Source: Candidatus Zhuqueibacterota bacterium
GTDB taxonomy: Bacteria; Zhuqueibacterota; Zhuqueibacteria; Thermofontimicrobiales; Thermofontimicrobiaceae
DNA: 64,000 bases
Direction: 5' to 3'
Assembly (NCBI GenBank): GCA_049322915.1
Contig: JBMOPW010000007.1
Coordinates: 1-64,000 of the forward strand
Under the pieces are notes generated by a model. That model searched no databases and was not told the origin of the DNA. It saw nothing but the letters and a program-made list of their open reading frames with translations. The translations under genes and the position numbers were made by a program. Shown here piece after piece: positions 10,272 to 20,072 of this stretch. Position 1 is the stretch's first letter, and each line of letters opens with the position of its first letter.

Positions 10272-11963
10272 ATGTTGACAATCCGGCATAAAATGACAGG
10301 GCTGCTGCTCTTCGGTATAGGAATGGGATTGTTTTGCACGCAGGAAAATCCGGTGACGCCGCAGTCAACTCAATCGGACACCGTGGTGCATAACGCAGAC
10401 ATCACGCGATCTGAGACCTGGGCCTCGGATAAAGTCCATCGCATTTCTTCGCCGGTGACAGTCAAAAATGCGACACTTCGGATAGACCCCGGCGCGGCTA
10501 TTGTGTTCGACCCCGGCGTTTCGCTGAGCATTCTGGACAGCGCCGGCCTGGTCGCCGACGGATCGCAGAAAAGCATCTCGTTCAGTTCTGCCGCGAAAAA
10601 GAAAGGCGATTGGGGCTGCATTTATTTTGCCGAGAATTCCCTGGACGACAGTTGCGCGCTGGTGAATTGCACCATCGAATATGGCGGCGGCGATACAGCG
10701 CTTTCCGCCATGATCTACTGCGATGGCGCCGCTCCGGCGATCTCGGGCTGTACCCTCCGCAACAGCGCCTCCAATGGCGTCGTTCTGAATGGTGATTGCC
10801 GCCCCATTGAATTTCACAGTAACACGATTGCCGATAACGATGCAGCGCCAGTGGCGTCGTTTGCCGTGAATGTTTCGTTCATTGGCAGCAACCAGTATTC
10901 GAATAACGCTATCGCTGCATTGCAGATAACCGACGGGACAATCACGGAAAATTCAATCTGGTACCCCCATGATCTTCCCTTCCTTTTTACCGCTGAACTC
11001 GATATCAGCTCAGCTCAGCTCATTCTGAATTCCGGCATTGAACTGAAATTTGACGGCGATGTTGGCGTGACCATTTCAGAGGGAGGCTCGCTGCACGCCG
11101 ACGGAGTGTTCGCTCCCATTATTTTCACCGGCGAATATGTCGGAGGCTGGAACGGTATTTTTCTTACGCGAACAGCAAACAGCGGCGCCTGCACTTTCAA
11201 CAACTGCCTGATTGAATGTGGCGGACGAAATTCGCGGTACCCTGCCAATGTCGTTTTGGAATATTCCTCTCCGACGATTGCCAATTGCATCGTGCAAAAA
11301 AGCCTGGGGTACGGCATTTTCATCGATGGAGATTTTATGCCCGTCCTGTTTTCCAATAATCAGGTGACAGAGAATCGGCGCGCGCCATTTTCCATCTCCG
11401 CCAATGATGTAGCCAATGTGCCGTACGGCGACTATGCCGGCAATGGCGAGGATGTGATTGAAGTGCGCGGTACGCCTTCTGCCCAGCCGATGACCAGAGA
11501 CGGATACTGGCAGTATTTAGGTATGCCGTATAAAATCATCGATACGATCCAGATTCTATCGTGCACATTGACGTTGGCTCCGGGCACGACACTGCTGATG
11601 ACCGAACGGAGCGGATTCGAGATTTTAGCCCAGGGTGGACTGATTGCGGAGGGCGTTTCTTCCAATATTGCGATTCAGGCGATACGCCCCGTGGTTGGCC
11701 TGTGGGCCGCAATTTATTTCAGCCCATTGGCTAACGCGCAAAGCTGCCGGCTGGTCCATTGCGATATTTCCTACGGCGGCGGCGATAGCTCACTGCCGGG
11801 GATGATCGTCTGCGATCATATTTCTCCCACCATCCAGTATTGCCGAATTGAATACAGTCAGACATGGGGAATATACATGCGTGGCAATGAAACGATAACT
11901 GATTTGCAGAGCAACATGTTCAATAACAACGGATTCGGCGACTCCTATGTTGCGCCAAACTGA
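10272..11963 (+). CDS. Right-handed parallel beta-helix protein, probable lipoprotein, with three internal repeats
   Basis: GAGGAGG RBS. Hydrophobic leader ending in LFC. Repeated GxWxxIxF...L.NC.IEYGG modules. Confidence 0.75.
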   Translation: MLTIRHKMTGLLLFGIGMGLFCTQENPVTPQSTQSDTVVHNADITRSETWASDKVHRISSPVTVKNATLRIDPGAAIVFDPGVSLSILDSAGLVADGSQKSISFSSAAKKKGDWGCIYFAENSLDDSCALVNCTIEYGGGDTALSAMIYCDGAAPAISGCTLRNSASNGVVLNGDCRPIEFHSNTIADNDAAPVASFAVNVSFIGSNQYSNNAIAALQITDGTITENSIWYPHDLPFLFTAELDISSAQLILNSGIELKFDGDVGVTISEGGSLHADGVFAPIIFTGEYVGGWNGIFLTRTANSGACTFNNCLIECGGRNSRYPANVVLEYSSPTIANCIVQKSLGYGIFIDGDFMPVLFSNNQVTENRRAPFSISANDVANVPYGDYAGNGEDVIEVRGTPSAQPMTRDGYWQYLGMPYKIIDTIQILSCTLTLAPGTTLLMTERSGFEILAQGGLIAEGVSSNIAIQAIRPVVGLWAAIYFSPLANAQSCRLVHCDISYGGGDSSLPGMIVCDHISPTIQYCRIEYSQTWGIYMRGNETITDLQSNMFNNNGFGDSYVAPN

Positions 11964-11993
11964 GGTGAATTTGATGGAAAGCAGGATTGACTG

Positions 11994-12923
11994 TTGATGA
12001 GAAATCTACTTCGGCGTTTTCTTGCATTGCGTTTAGAAGAGGCAATTGCGGTGCTGTTCTTCATTCCCATGGTCTATTTAACCTCCAGAGCTTATTTCTA
12101 TTTTCTGGTGCGGGATCAAATGCCGACGCGCATCAGGGGAGATTGGCAGCGAATCTGGGTGACCATTGGTGTGTTCCTTCTCTTCTGGCTTGTCATTAAA
12201 ATAAAAAAGAGCTGGAGGGTGCTCCGTGATTGGCTGCCGTTCGGATTCTGCATTGCAATCTACACCAATCTGCATGACACAGTGCATTTTGCCAATCAAA
12301 ACGATGTTCAACATTGGCTCATCAAAATCGATGACTGGCTGTTCGGCGTTCAGCCGTGCGTCTGGGCGCAGCAATTTATTACGCCCACATTTACGGATAT
12401 TTTCATCGCTGCGTACGCGAATTATTTCGTCCTCGTCATTGTCGTGGCGCTGGTGCTCTACTTCATGAAGCGATATCAGGAGTTTCGCTACACACTCGTG
12501 TCCACGATTATCTGCTATTACATCGGGTATTTTCTGTTCGTCATTTTTCCGGCCGCGCCGCCGCGACTTGTGCTGCAATCCATGTTCACCGTTACGCTGC
12601 AGGGACAGCATTTGAACACCATCAAAGACGCGATTCTGACCGCCTCGTCCAGTCGGGGGGCCTTTCCCTCCCTGCATTGCGCAGTGAGTTTTGTCTCGCT
12701 TTTCTTTGCCTGGCGGTATATCAAGTGGTTGTTCTGGGTGATGCTACCCGCCGTCATCCTACTGATTGTGTCGACTGTCTATCTTCGGCACCATTATGTG
12801 ATCGATCTGATCGCTGGTTTATTCCTGGGAGTTTTCGCGTTCTGGATCGGCCCCAAAATGGAGGACTGGTGGAATGGATTGCGCGTCAAGGCTTCTCCCC
12901 AAATCGGCAATCCCCGTCTTTAA
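11994..12923 (+). CDS. PAP2-superfamily membrane phosphatase/phosphotransferase (Aur1/IPC-synthase-like)
   Basis: Multiple TMs. PAAPP, AFPSLH and STVYLRHHYVID motifs. Confidence 0.88.
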   Translation: MMRNLLRRFLALRLEEAIAVLFFIPMVYLTSRAYFYFLVRDQMPTRIRGDWQRIWVTIGVFLLFWLVIKIKKSWRVLRDWLPFGFCIAIYTNLHDTVHFANQNDVQHWLIKIDDWLFGVQPCVWAQQFITPTFTDIFIAAYANYFVLVIVVALVLYFMKRYQEFRYTLVSTIICYYIGYFLFVIFPAAPPRLVLQSMFTVTLQGQHLNTIKDAILTASSSRGAFPSLHCAVSFVSLFFAWRYIKWLFWVMLPAVILLIVSTVYLRHHYVIDLIAGLFLGVFAFWIGPKMEDWWNGLRVKASPQIGNPRL

Positions 12924-13474
12924 TACATTCGTTGCAAAAAAAAGAGTTGGCCATTTCAATAACTTCGGGACGCCTGCGGTTTGCAAGCGCGCTATGGCCG
13001 CGAATTCAACCGATGGATCCCATCGTCGTTTCAAGCTCCTGTCCCATACTTCATTTTTGTTCTCCCTGTAGTTCCCTGATGTCGAGAGTTACTCTTTGGT
13101 AATATTGTAATAACTAACGAAAACTCCGGCAGAAATGGCTCTTTCTCTGTCGGAACTCCCGTCAGAGAATAATCACTTCTAATTAAATGAATTAACGTCA
13201 ATCGGGCCGGCGCACGAAGACCAGGTTCGCTGGAAATTCAACGAACAATGTCCCATCGCCCGACTGCCGGCTGGTAAAAAAGGCGATTTCGCAACAATAA
13301 CCATGAGTAAAATATAGGTGATGCTGGTTGTGCCGTTTGCGGGAATGTTAATTGCATGAACAGTCCCGTTCACAATGAGCGGGATAACCCATGTTAATAA
13401 TGAAACAAGAGAGGTGAAATATTATCGATATATAACTGCCGTCTTAGGCTGAATAAAAATTTTCGTGTGAAGCA

Positions 13475-13501
13475 TTAAGTAATTCAACGATGAGCCGATA
13501 C
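13475..13501 (+). promoter_or_regulatory. Possible sigma28-type promoter
   Basis: TTAAG-N14-GCCGATAC, about 80 nt upstream of the MerR-type gene. Confidence 0.4.
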
Positions 13502-13580
13502 AAATGAATAGGTAATGACGTGAATGTTGTAACTGAGTAGTTCATTGTGCAATGTTGAATGAAGTAAGGGAAATGAGAAA

Positions 13581-13838
13581 ATGAATGAAGGTGAGTATTT
13601 AAGTAGCTCTGAGGTCACACGAAAATTAGACATCAGCCTAAGACAGCTTTATTATTGGGAGTTGAAAGGGATCATTCGACCCAAGATGATCAGCATGGGT
13701 TCCCGTGAATTTAAAAGATACTCATTCAGAGACGTCGATGTTCTAAGGAAAGTAAAACAATATCTTGATCAGGGCTACACATTAACCAGTGCGGTGCAGC
13801 GCGTTCAAGAGATCGAAGAAACTGAACGAGTTATGTGA
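13581..13838 (+). CDS. MerR-family HTH DNA-binding protein (no effector domain)
   Basis: SSSEVTRKLDISLRQLYYWELKGII.P...RYS..DV...GYTL. Confidence 0.85.
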   Translation: MNEGEYLSSSEVTRKLDISLRQLYYWELKGIIRPKMISMGSREFKRYSFRDVDVLRKVKQYLDQGYTLTSAVQRVQEIEETERVM

Positions 13839-13851
13839 ATGGCGAGGTAAA

Positions 13852-14625
13852 ATGATCGATTTGCATTGGGTGTTCATGTTTTTTTTGGGTGCTATCATTG
13901 GTAGTTTTTTAAATGTGTGTATTTATCGTTTGCCCAGACAAAAATCGGTTGTTTTACCTCCCTCTAATTGTCCACATTGTGGCTATCGACTTCAGTGGTT
14001 TGACAACATTCCCATTTTAAGCTACGTGATCTTGGGGGGGAAATGCCGCATGTGCAAGCATAAAATTTCCATACGCTATCCCATTGTTGAATTGATCTGT
14101 GGCGGACTGTTGACCGCACTTTACGCGAAATTCGGGCTGACGCAGGAGTTCTTCATCTATAGCGTATTGATTTTTTGTCTGATAACGATCAGCTTCATCG
14201 ATCTGGACTTTCAGCTTATTCTGAATGTCATCACCATTCCGGGGCTGGTTGTCGGTTTCATTTTGACGGTGCTGTTCGCCGTTGAGTCGATCGGTGAAGT
14301 GGTTGCAGGGATTCTGGGAGGCGCTGGCGCGTTGGTCGTCGTCGCACTGCTGGGAAACGTGTTATTTAAAAAGGAAAGTATGGGCGGGGGGGATATTAAA
14401 TTGGCAGCCATGATCGGAGCCTATTTAGGTTTGACGGGTGTTCTTATGGCATTGATGATTGGATTCTTTTCAGCAACACCTATCGGGGTTCTCGTTCTGT
14501 TATGGAAGGGTCCGCATGGCGACCATAAAATCCCCTTTGGCCCATTCATTTCTTTTGGGGCAATTTGCTATATTTTCAGCGGGCAATATATTCTGCAATT
14601 TCTTCACTCGTACGTTTTGATGTAA
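13852..14625 (+). CDS. pilD: Prepilin peptidase / N-methyltransferase (A24A)
   Basis: GSFLNVCIYRLP, CPHC, CRMC, FID, MGGGDIKL and IPFGPF motifs. GAGG RBS before ATG at 13852. Confidence 0.93.
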   Translation: MIDLHWVFMFFLGAIIGSFLNVCIYRLPRQKSVVLPPSNCPHCGYRLQWFDNIPILSYVILGGKCRMCKHKISIRYPIVELICGGLLTALYAKFGLTQEFFIYSVLIFCLITISFIDLDFQLILNVITIPGLVVGFILTVLFAVESIGEVVAGILGGAGALVVVALLGNVLFKKESMGGGDIKLAAMIGAYLGLTGVLMALMIGFFSATPIGVLVLLWKGPHGDHKIPFGPFISFGAICYIFSGQYILQFLHSYVLM

Positions 14626-14887
14626 TTTTCATATCTGACTAAATCTTATTCTGGGTCCTGTTTCAATTTTAACGGTAGTGAAAACGTGATTGGAAATCCA
14701 TTACAGGGAAGTTGATTTGTGAATCTGGGGCGCATGAGCGTTATGTGCGGTGCGCTTTTCTTTGACCCGAGTTCACAGATCACCACGCATCGATTCCCCC
14801 TCTTTAAAATTTGGATCAGTCTATTCAACCCGGGTATTCAATTCATTTGCATCATGTTCAAATTTACTCTAAGGGGAGCAAGGAACT

Positions 14888-15070
14888 ATGTCATCGAATT
14901 TTAATGGAATCAGCGAAGCAATTTTAGGACAGCTATCAGAATTAAGCATTGAAATATTTCGGGAGACCAGCCGGCCAAGTCCCGAGGACAATGTCTCGAA
15001 CACGATTTACGAAATTACCAAGGGATTCACCAATACTAAAGGAAAGGCAAAAACGCGCAGCAATAAATGA
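14888..15070 (+). CDS. Small hypothetical protein, possibly translationally coupled to the next gene
   Basis: AAGGA RBS. Stop overlaps the next ATG. No recognisable motif. Confidence 0.3.
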   Translation: MSSNFNGISEAILGQLSELSIEIFRETSRPSPEDNVSNTIYEITKGFTNTKGKAKTRSNK

Positions 15071-16821
15071 TGCTGCTGCTATCAGGGAAACTGCACAGGG
15101 TGATATCATTGAGAAAAGATAACATATTATTAGGGGAATTCCTGGTGAAACAGGGATTGATCAACCAGGATCAGCTTGAACAAGCGTTAAATCACCAGCA
15201 GCGAAGCGGCAAATTACTTGGACGCAACCTTGTTGAACTTGGGTTTATCAATGAATCGGATATGATCAAAGCGCTGGGGAGCCAGTTGGGCGTTCAGCAC
15301 ATTGATCTTAAAAATATCCATGTCCCGCTGGACACTATTCAAGTGGTGCCCGAAACTGTCGCCAAAACCTACAAACTGTTGCCCCTGTATCGGAATGAAG
15401 AGACGATAACCGTGGGCATGTCCAATCCACTGGATTTGATTGCTATCGATGCAGTAAGCCGATCCACTGGATTGAAGGTGAAGCCTGTTGTGTGCGTGTC
15501 CGAAGAGATTGATGAGGCGATTGATTATTATTATCGATCGCCCCATTTTGGAGGCCGCAGCGATGAGTCCAGTCTCTTCGGCGCGTCGGATTCGGTGGAG
15601 TATCTCAACGATCCGGCGACATTGTTCAGCGAAGATGAAAAAGTCTTTTGTTATTCCGACGAGATGTCGGTTTCGCACCTTGTGCACCTGTTTCTGGTTC
15701 AATCGGTTCATGAAAACGCCTCGACCATCCATGTTGCGCCCGCAGAATCCAGCCTGAAAATTCGCTTTCGGATCAACGGTGATTTGAAAGAATATTACGT
15801 CCACAACGAAAAACTCAAGGAAACCATTATTGCCACGTTGAAAAATTTGGCATACATGGATATCAATCGCTGCGACATCCCCCAGATGGGTAGTTTCCAA
15901 CTCCGGATCGATTCAAATGATATTCACTTTCTGGCAACGTCCCTGCCGACGGTTTATGGCGAGAGCATGGTCCTTAAAATCATGCGGCCGCTTGCCGGTA
16001 AGCAGGTGGATGACCTGGGCATTCCAACCCATATCATAAAACAATTCATGGCGCTGATCAGTCAGCCCAGTGGAATCGTCTGGTTCACCGGCACGCTGGA
16101 AAGCGGCAAGACAACCTCGCTCTATGCCACGCTCAGTGAGCTGAGCCGGAGAAACAAGGACATAATCACATTCGAGCGGGATGTGTTTTTCCCCAATGAT
16201 AAATTCCGGCAATATCAACCGACCTACCGGCATGAAGCAACCCCGGACAAAATTCTGGATGCGCTGTTCCGGCAGGACGCCGATGTGATCGCCATTGACG
16301 GCTTTTCCAATGCGGCCATAATCGATGCCATTTCCATGATGGCGTTGAAAGGAAAGCTGGTTTTCGCAACGTTGCCGTGCGCGTCCGCGGCCAAATCCCT
16401 GGAATTTTTAGCCAACCAGTGCGAGAATCCATTTTTGATCGCTGATTCGACCCGAGGCATCATTGCACAGGCGTTGATAAAGCGTGTTTGTCCCGACTGC
16501 AGGAATATCTATCAACCTGCAACGGAAGAATTGGCAATGCTGGCAGAAATGCCGGAGATTCCCAATCCAAAATTTTATCGGGGCAGTGGCTGCGCAACAT
16601 GCCGGGGGACTGGCTATCTCAATCAGTTCCCGATCTTTGAAATGGTAGCGGCTGATGAAACCATTCAGTCCCTGATATTGACAAAGGCATCGCCCCAAAA
16701 AATCTATCAGTATCTGCAGCAAATTGGTAATGCATCGTTGCTCAATGAAGCCATTCGCCGGATGCAGGCCGGTGAAACAACGCTGCAAGAAGTGATTCGA
16801 ATAAAACAACTCGTTAATTAA
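15067..16821 (+). CDS. GspE/PilB-family protein with MshEN N-terminus; ATPase motifs degenerate
   Basis: Tandem LG..L...GLI....L..AL..Q repeats, RFRING, LPTVYGE, Walker A GTLESGKTT, Zn ligands CPDC/CATC and GETTLQEVIR. Confidence 0.88.
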   Translation: MMLLLSGKLHRVISLRKDNILLGEFLVKQGLINQDQLEQALNHQQRSGKLLGRNLVELGFINESDMIKALGSQLGVQHIDLKNIHVPLDTIQVVPETVAKTYKLLPLYRNEETITVGMSNPLDLIAIDAVSRSTGLKVKPVVCVSEEIDEAIDYYYRSPHFGGRSDESSLFGASDSVEYLNDPATLFSEDEKVFCYSDEMSVSHLVHLFLVQSVHENASTIHVAPAESSLKIRFRINGDLKEYYVHNEKLKETIIATLKNLAYMDINRCDIPQMGSFQLRIDSNDIHFLATSLPTVYGESMVLKIMRPLAGKQVDDLGIPTHIIKQFMALISQPSGIVWFTGTLESGKTTSLYATLSELSRRNKDIITFERDVFFPNDKFRQYQPTYRHEATPDKILDALFRQDADVIAIDGFSNAAIIDAISMMALKGKLVFATLPCASAAKSLEFLANQCENPFLIADSTRGIIAQALIKRVCPDCRNIYQPATEELAMLAEMPEIPNPKFYRGSGCATCRGTGYLNQFPIFEMVAADETIQSLILTKASPQKIYQYLQQIGNASLLNEAIRRMQAGETTLQEVIRIKQLVN

Positions 16822-16914
16822 TATGACTGATGATGCGCTGGTTTTTGGAGACCATTGGCTTTTTCGCGCACCCGTCATTCCAGAAATGATAGAAAATTAC
16901 AGAGAGGCCAGGCA

Positions 16915-18312
16915 ATGGACAAAAATGTTGGAGTCCTCGTAATCGATGATGAAAAAGATTTTACTCAACTGATGAGTGAAATTCTGCAACGACACAATTA
17001 CCGGGTTGCAGTTTCCAACGAAGGTCTGACAGCGCTGGATATGTTGGATCAGGAAGACTATGATGTTGTTTTTCTTGACCTGATTATGCCGGAAGTGAAC
17101 GGATTGCAGGTGCTTCAAAAAATTAAGGAAAAAGATACCAATATTCCGGTCGTGATTCTGACCGGCGATAGCCGAAAAAACATCGTCAACCATGCGCTGG
17201 AATTAGGCGCATACGATTTTTTGAACAAGCCGGTCGACTGGAATCGATTAGAATTCGTGTTGAAAAATGCGCTGCGGGTTCGTCAGTTGGAACAGAAAAT
17301 TGACTACCTGGAAAAGTCATTGGACGAAAAGTACGAATTGGGCAACCTGGTTTCTTTCAGCGGTCGGATGCAGGAAGTCGTGCGGCAGTTGAAACGCGTC
17401 ATATCCAGTGAAGCGTCTGTTTCGATTTTTGGCGAGACCGGTACCGGCAAGGAACTGGTTGCCAGAACCATCCATTTCAACAGCCATCGAAAAAATCGGC
17501 CTTTCGTTGTGTTCAATTGCGCCGCCTTGCCGGATGTGGCCGTCGATGCGGAATTGTTCGGCACGGAATTCGAAGCCGGCAACGGCAGCGTCAAACGAAT
17601 TCCCGGCAAATTGGAACAGGCGAATGGCGGGACGGTCTTCCTGGATGAAGTGAGCGAATTGTCCAAATACGCGCAGGGCAAGCTGTTTCAAATTTTGAAA
17701 GACCGAACCCTCTCTCCACATGGGAATATGAATTCGATGACGCTGGATGTCCGCGTTTTTTCTAGCACATCGAAGAAGCTGGATGCCGAAGTCAAACTGG
17801 GCAATTTTCGAAAAGACCTTTACTACCTCATCAATGTGTTCCCGATTCAGATGCCTTCGCTCGCAGAGAGGGTGGAAGATATCCCGGCGCTGGTGAATTG
17901 CTTTGTGGAAAATTTTAATAAGAAGAACAATATGCGGATCATCAAAGTTGCCGGTGAGACCATCGATTATCTGGTGAATTATCCCTGGCCCGGCAATGTG
18001 CGGGAGCTGGAAAATGTCATCGAACGCTCCATGCTTATGGTGGACGGTGATACCCTGCGCCCTGAACATCTGCCCATCTCGATTGTGACGCACAATCAGA
18101 ACGAAACTACCGGCGGCGTGGCCATGGACATGAAAAAGGCCGTGACCTTTTGCAATCAAATTATCCCGCTTGATGAGATTGAAGAAGAAATTTTGCGGCA
18201 GGCATTGAAGTTGAACAATTACAACATGTCGCTGACGGCGCATAAATTGGGAATTGGCCGGACGACATTGTATCGTAAATTGGATAAGTATCAGATTAAA
18301 TTGAATCGGTAA
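16915..18312 (+). CDS. NtrC/PilR-family response regulator (REC, AAA+, Fis HTH) lacking GAFTGA
   Basis: IDDE/DLIMP receiver, GETGTGKE, FLDEV, WPGNVREL and LGIGRTTLYRKL. Confidence 0.92.
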   Translation: MDKNVGVLVIDDEKDFTQLMSEILQRHNYRVAVSNEGLTALDMLDQEDYDVVFLDLIMPEVNGLQVLQKIKEKDTNIPVVILTGDSRKNIVNHALELGAYDFLNKPVDWNRLEFVLKNALRVRQLEQKIDYLEKSLDEKYELGNLVSFSGRMQEVVRQLKRVISSEASVSIFGETGTGKELVARTIHFNSHRKNRPFVVFNCAALPDVAVDAELFGTEFEAGNGSVKRIPGKLEQANGGTVFLDEVSELSKYAQGKLFQILKDRTLSPHGNMNSMTLDVRVFSSTSKKLDAEVKLGNFRKDLYYLINVFPIQMPSLAERVEDIPALVNCFVENFNKKNNMRIIKVAGETIDYLVNYPWPGNVRELENVIERSMLMVDGDTLRPEHLPISIVTHNQNETTGGVAMDMKKAVTFCNQIIPLDEIEEEILRQALKLNNYNMSLTAHKLGIGRTTLYRKLDKYQIKLNR

Positions 18313-18472
18313 ATCAGGTTGAACTGGAGTGACACGGGTGACGAGTCCGGAACCATGACTCGTTTCCCGATTGGCTCTGCGGAATCCATTCCCCTGCGGT
18401 ATCGCCTTTCTTTCCCCTCTTTTTCTATCTTTAACACCACAAACAGGTTACGCACACCCAGGACGACGCTCG

Positions 18473-18823
18473 CTATTTGCAGGCAATTCTCGAGTGCGAC
18501 GTATCGTGATTCGGACAGAACGCTGTTCCTGTTGCCGGATCGAACTGGATGGGCGAACCGTCGATGGGGCATGTTGGAATTTGACCGCTCTCAAACATCG
18601 CCGGCGTAAGTCGTTCAGGAACATTTCTGCTCCCCGCGGACAGGCTTTCAGCGGAGGCGATGGCCAGGGCTGTTTCAACGATGATCTGGTTGGTGATGCA
18701 CTGGTTGGCTTCATTCCGCCGATTGAGATCAAAGTACATCGGAATCGCTGCTGCCGTGAAAATGGCCAGAATCAGCATGGTGATTCCGATTTTCAAAACC
18801 AGAAGTTTTTGCTTTTTTGACAT
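18473..18823 (-). CDS. Pilin/pseudopilin-like protein
   Basis: N-terminal hydrophobic helix ending AIPMY, C.xN, PTCP..G and terminal CPNH. RBS GAGGTG. Confidence 0.7.
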   Translation of the reverse strand: MSKKQKLLVLKIGITMLILAIFTAAAIPMYFDLNRRNEANQCITNQIIVETALAIASAESLSAGSRNVPERLTPAMFESGQIPTCPIDGSPIQFDPATGTAFCPNHDTSHSRIACK

Positions 18824-18882
18824 GGTTTCACCTCAGAAATTTGCAGTCACTCGGCAACCATGAATTGGTTCCGCCACGAAAA

Positions 18883-18899
18883 TGGCAATTCATATGCCA
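18883..18899 (-). promoter_or_regulatory. sigma54-like promoter within a TGGCA-N7-TGCCA palindrome
   Basis: Minus strand TGGCATATGAATTGC (GG-N10-GC), 60 nt upstream of the pilin-like start. Confidence 0.6.
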
Positions 18900-19130
18900 T
18901 TGATAGTTCATCGAAAGTTTCACAGAAAAGTTAAATAAAAAGAAAGGCGGAATTGTTAAAATAATGTAGCGCAAATTTGTTAAAAAAGCTAATGCGTTAG
19001 CAATCCGGGAAATGAAGAAAATAAGTAGCAGTTGAAGCTGCGCCGGGAAGGGCAAATGGACAGAGGAGGTATCTGGCTGAACGTATCAGTATCAAACCGA
19101 CTGACTCACATGAAAACAGATGAACTGCGG

Positions 19131-19850
19131 TCACATCGTCAATTCATCGAGCGATTGGCAGCAATCCAAAATGAGCTGCATCGTGGGCTTGGTGATGTTT
19201 GAATCGGGCTGGATCAAATCCTTTTCAAAAATGAAAAGGCCGTCCTGCCACGCCATCATTTTTTGAACCGCAGCTTCCCCGTCGGTCGTGTCAATGCGAG
19301 CCCAGGTGAGCCTGCCTTCGAAAAATGCAATTTGACCATTCTGGTTTTGATTGTAAGCAAACAGCATCCCGGATTTCTGATTCAGGTTGAGCATTTGCAG
19401 AATTTCCACGAGACGAAAATCGGAGATACTGCCCATCAGGGATTGGTTTGGCGGGAGTTGTTTTTTATTCGCCATTTCGAAACGTTTGAGCAGTGTATCG
19501 ATACGCGTGCTCAATTCGCGCATGGAAACCGATGTGTCAATTATGGTATCGACGCCACTGCGAAACGCATTGATGCGTTCTTCCGGTCCAAACTTGTCGC
19601 CGACGAGGATGTAGGGGATGGAGGAGATATTTGAACTCTGCCGAACCATGTAACACAGATCAATGCCATCCAGATGCTGCAATTGCATGGCAGCGAGAAT
19701 CAGGTTGGGCTCGGTTTTTCGGGCAAGCTCGAATCCCGATTGCCCATCCTGGGCCGTGATGACTTCAAAATCATTGGCCTCGAGTTCGTTCTTCAACTGG
19801 GTTAGCAGCCTGTTCTTCTCGAAAATTAACAGCAGCAGTTTTTTATTCAT
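19131..19850 (-). CDS. Pseudo-receiver plus DUF4388 (PatA-N-like) domain protein
   Basis: REC fold lacking the phospho-Asp (LILAAMQL). C-terminal LMGSISDFRLVEILQML..KSG.L...G.I.F..G...A....G.AA...W..G.F.F. Confidence 0.8.
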   Translation of the reverse strand: MNKKLLLLIFEKNRLLTQLKNELEANDFEVITAQDGQSGFELARKTEPNLILAAMQLQHLDGIDLCYMVRQSSNISSIPYILVGDKFGPEERINAFRSGVDTIIDTSVSMRELSTRIDTLLKRFEMANKKQLPPNQSLMGSISDFRLVEILQMLNLNQKSGMLFAYNQNQNGQIAFFEGRLTWARIDTTDGEAAVQKMMAWQDGLFIFEKDLIQPDSNITKPTMQLILDCCQSLDELTM

Positions 19851-19946
19851 GAATGCACCTGAGTCTGTGTTGGTTCCGGCCATCTATTGGAGCAATGAAA
19901 TTCCCATGATTCGTTCGAAATGGCATCGCAATAAAATTTAGCCCTT

Positions 19947-19963
19947 TGGCATAATTCCTGCCA
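19947..19963 (-). promoter_or_regulatory. Second TGGCA-N7-TGCCA palindrome (sigma54-like promoter or operator)
   Basis: TGGCATAATTCCTGCCA inside the longer palindrome CCTTTGGCA..TGCCAAAGG, about 100 nt upstream of the DUF4388 gene. Confidence 0.45.
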
Positions 19964-20072
19964 AAGGCGGATGGCATCAATCCGCCCATGAAGAAAGGGA
20001 GCAATTCTGAAAAGTTGGCATTTGAGATAGCACATGAGAATAATGAAAACTGCTGAAGCAGTTCATTCATTA

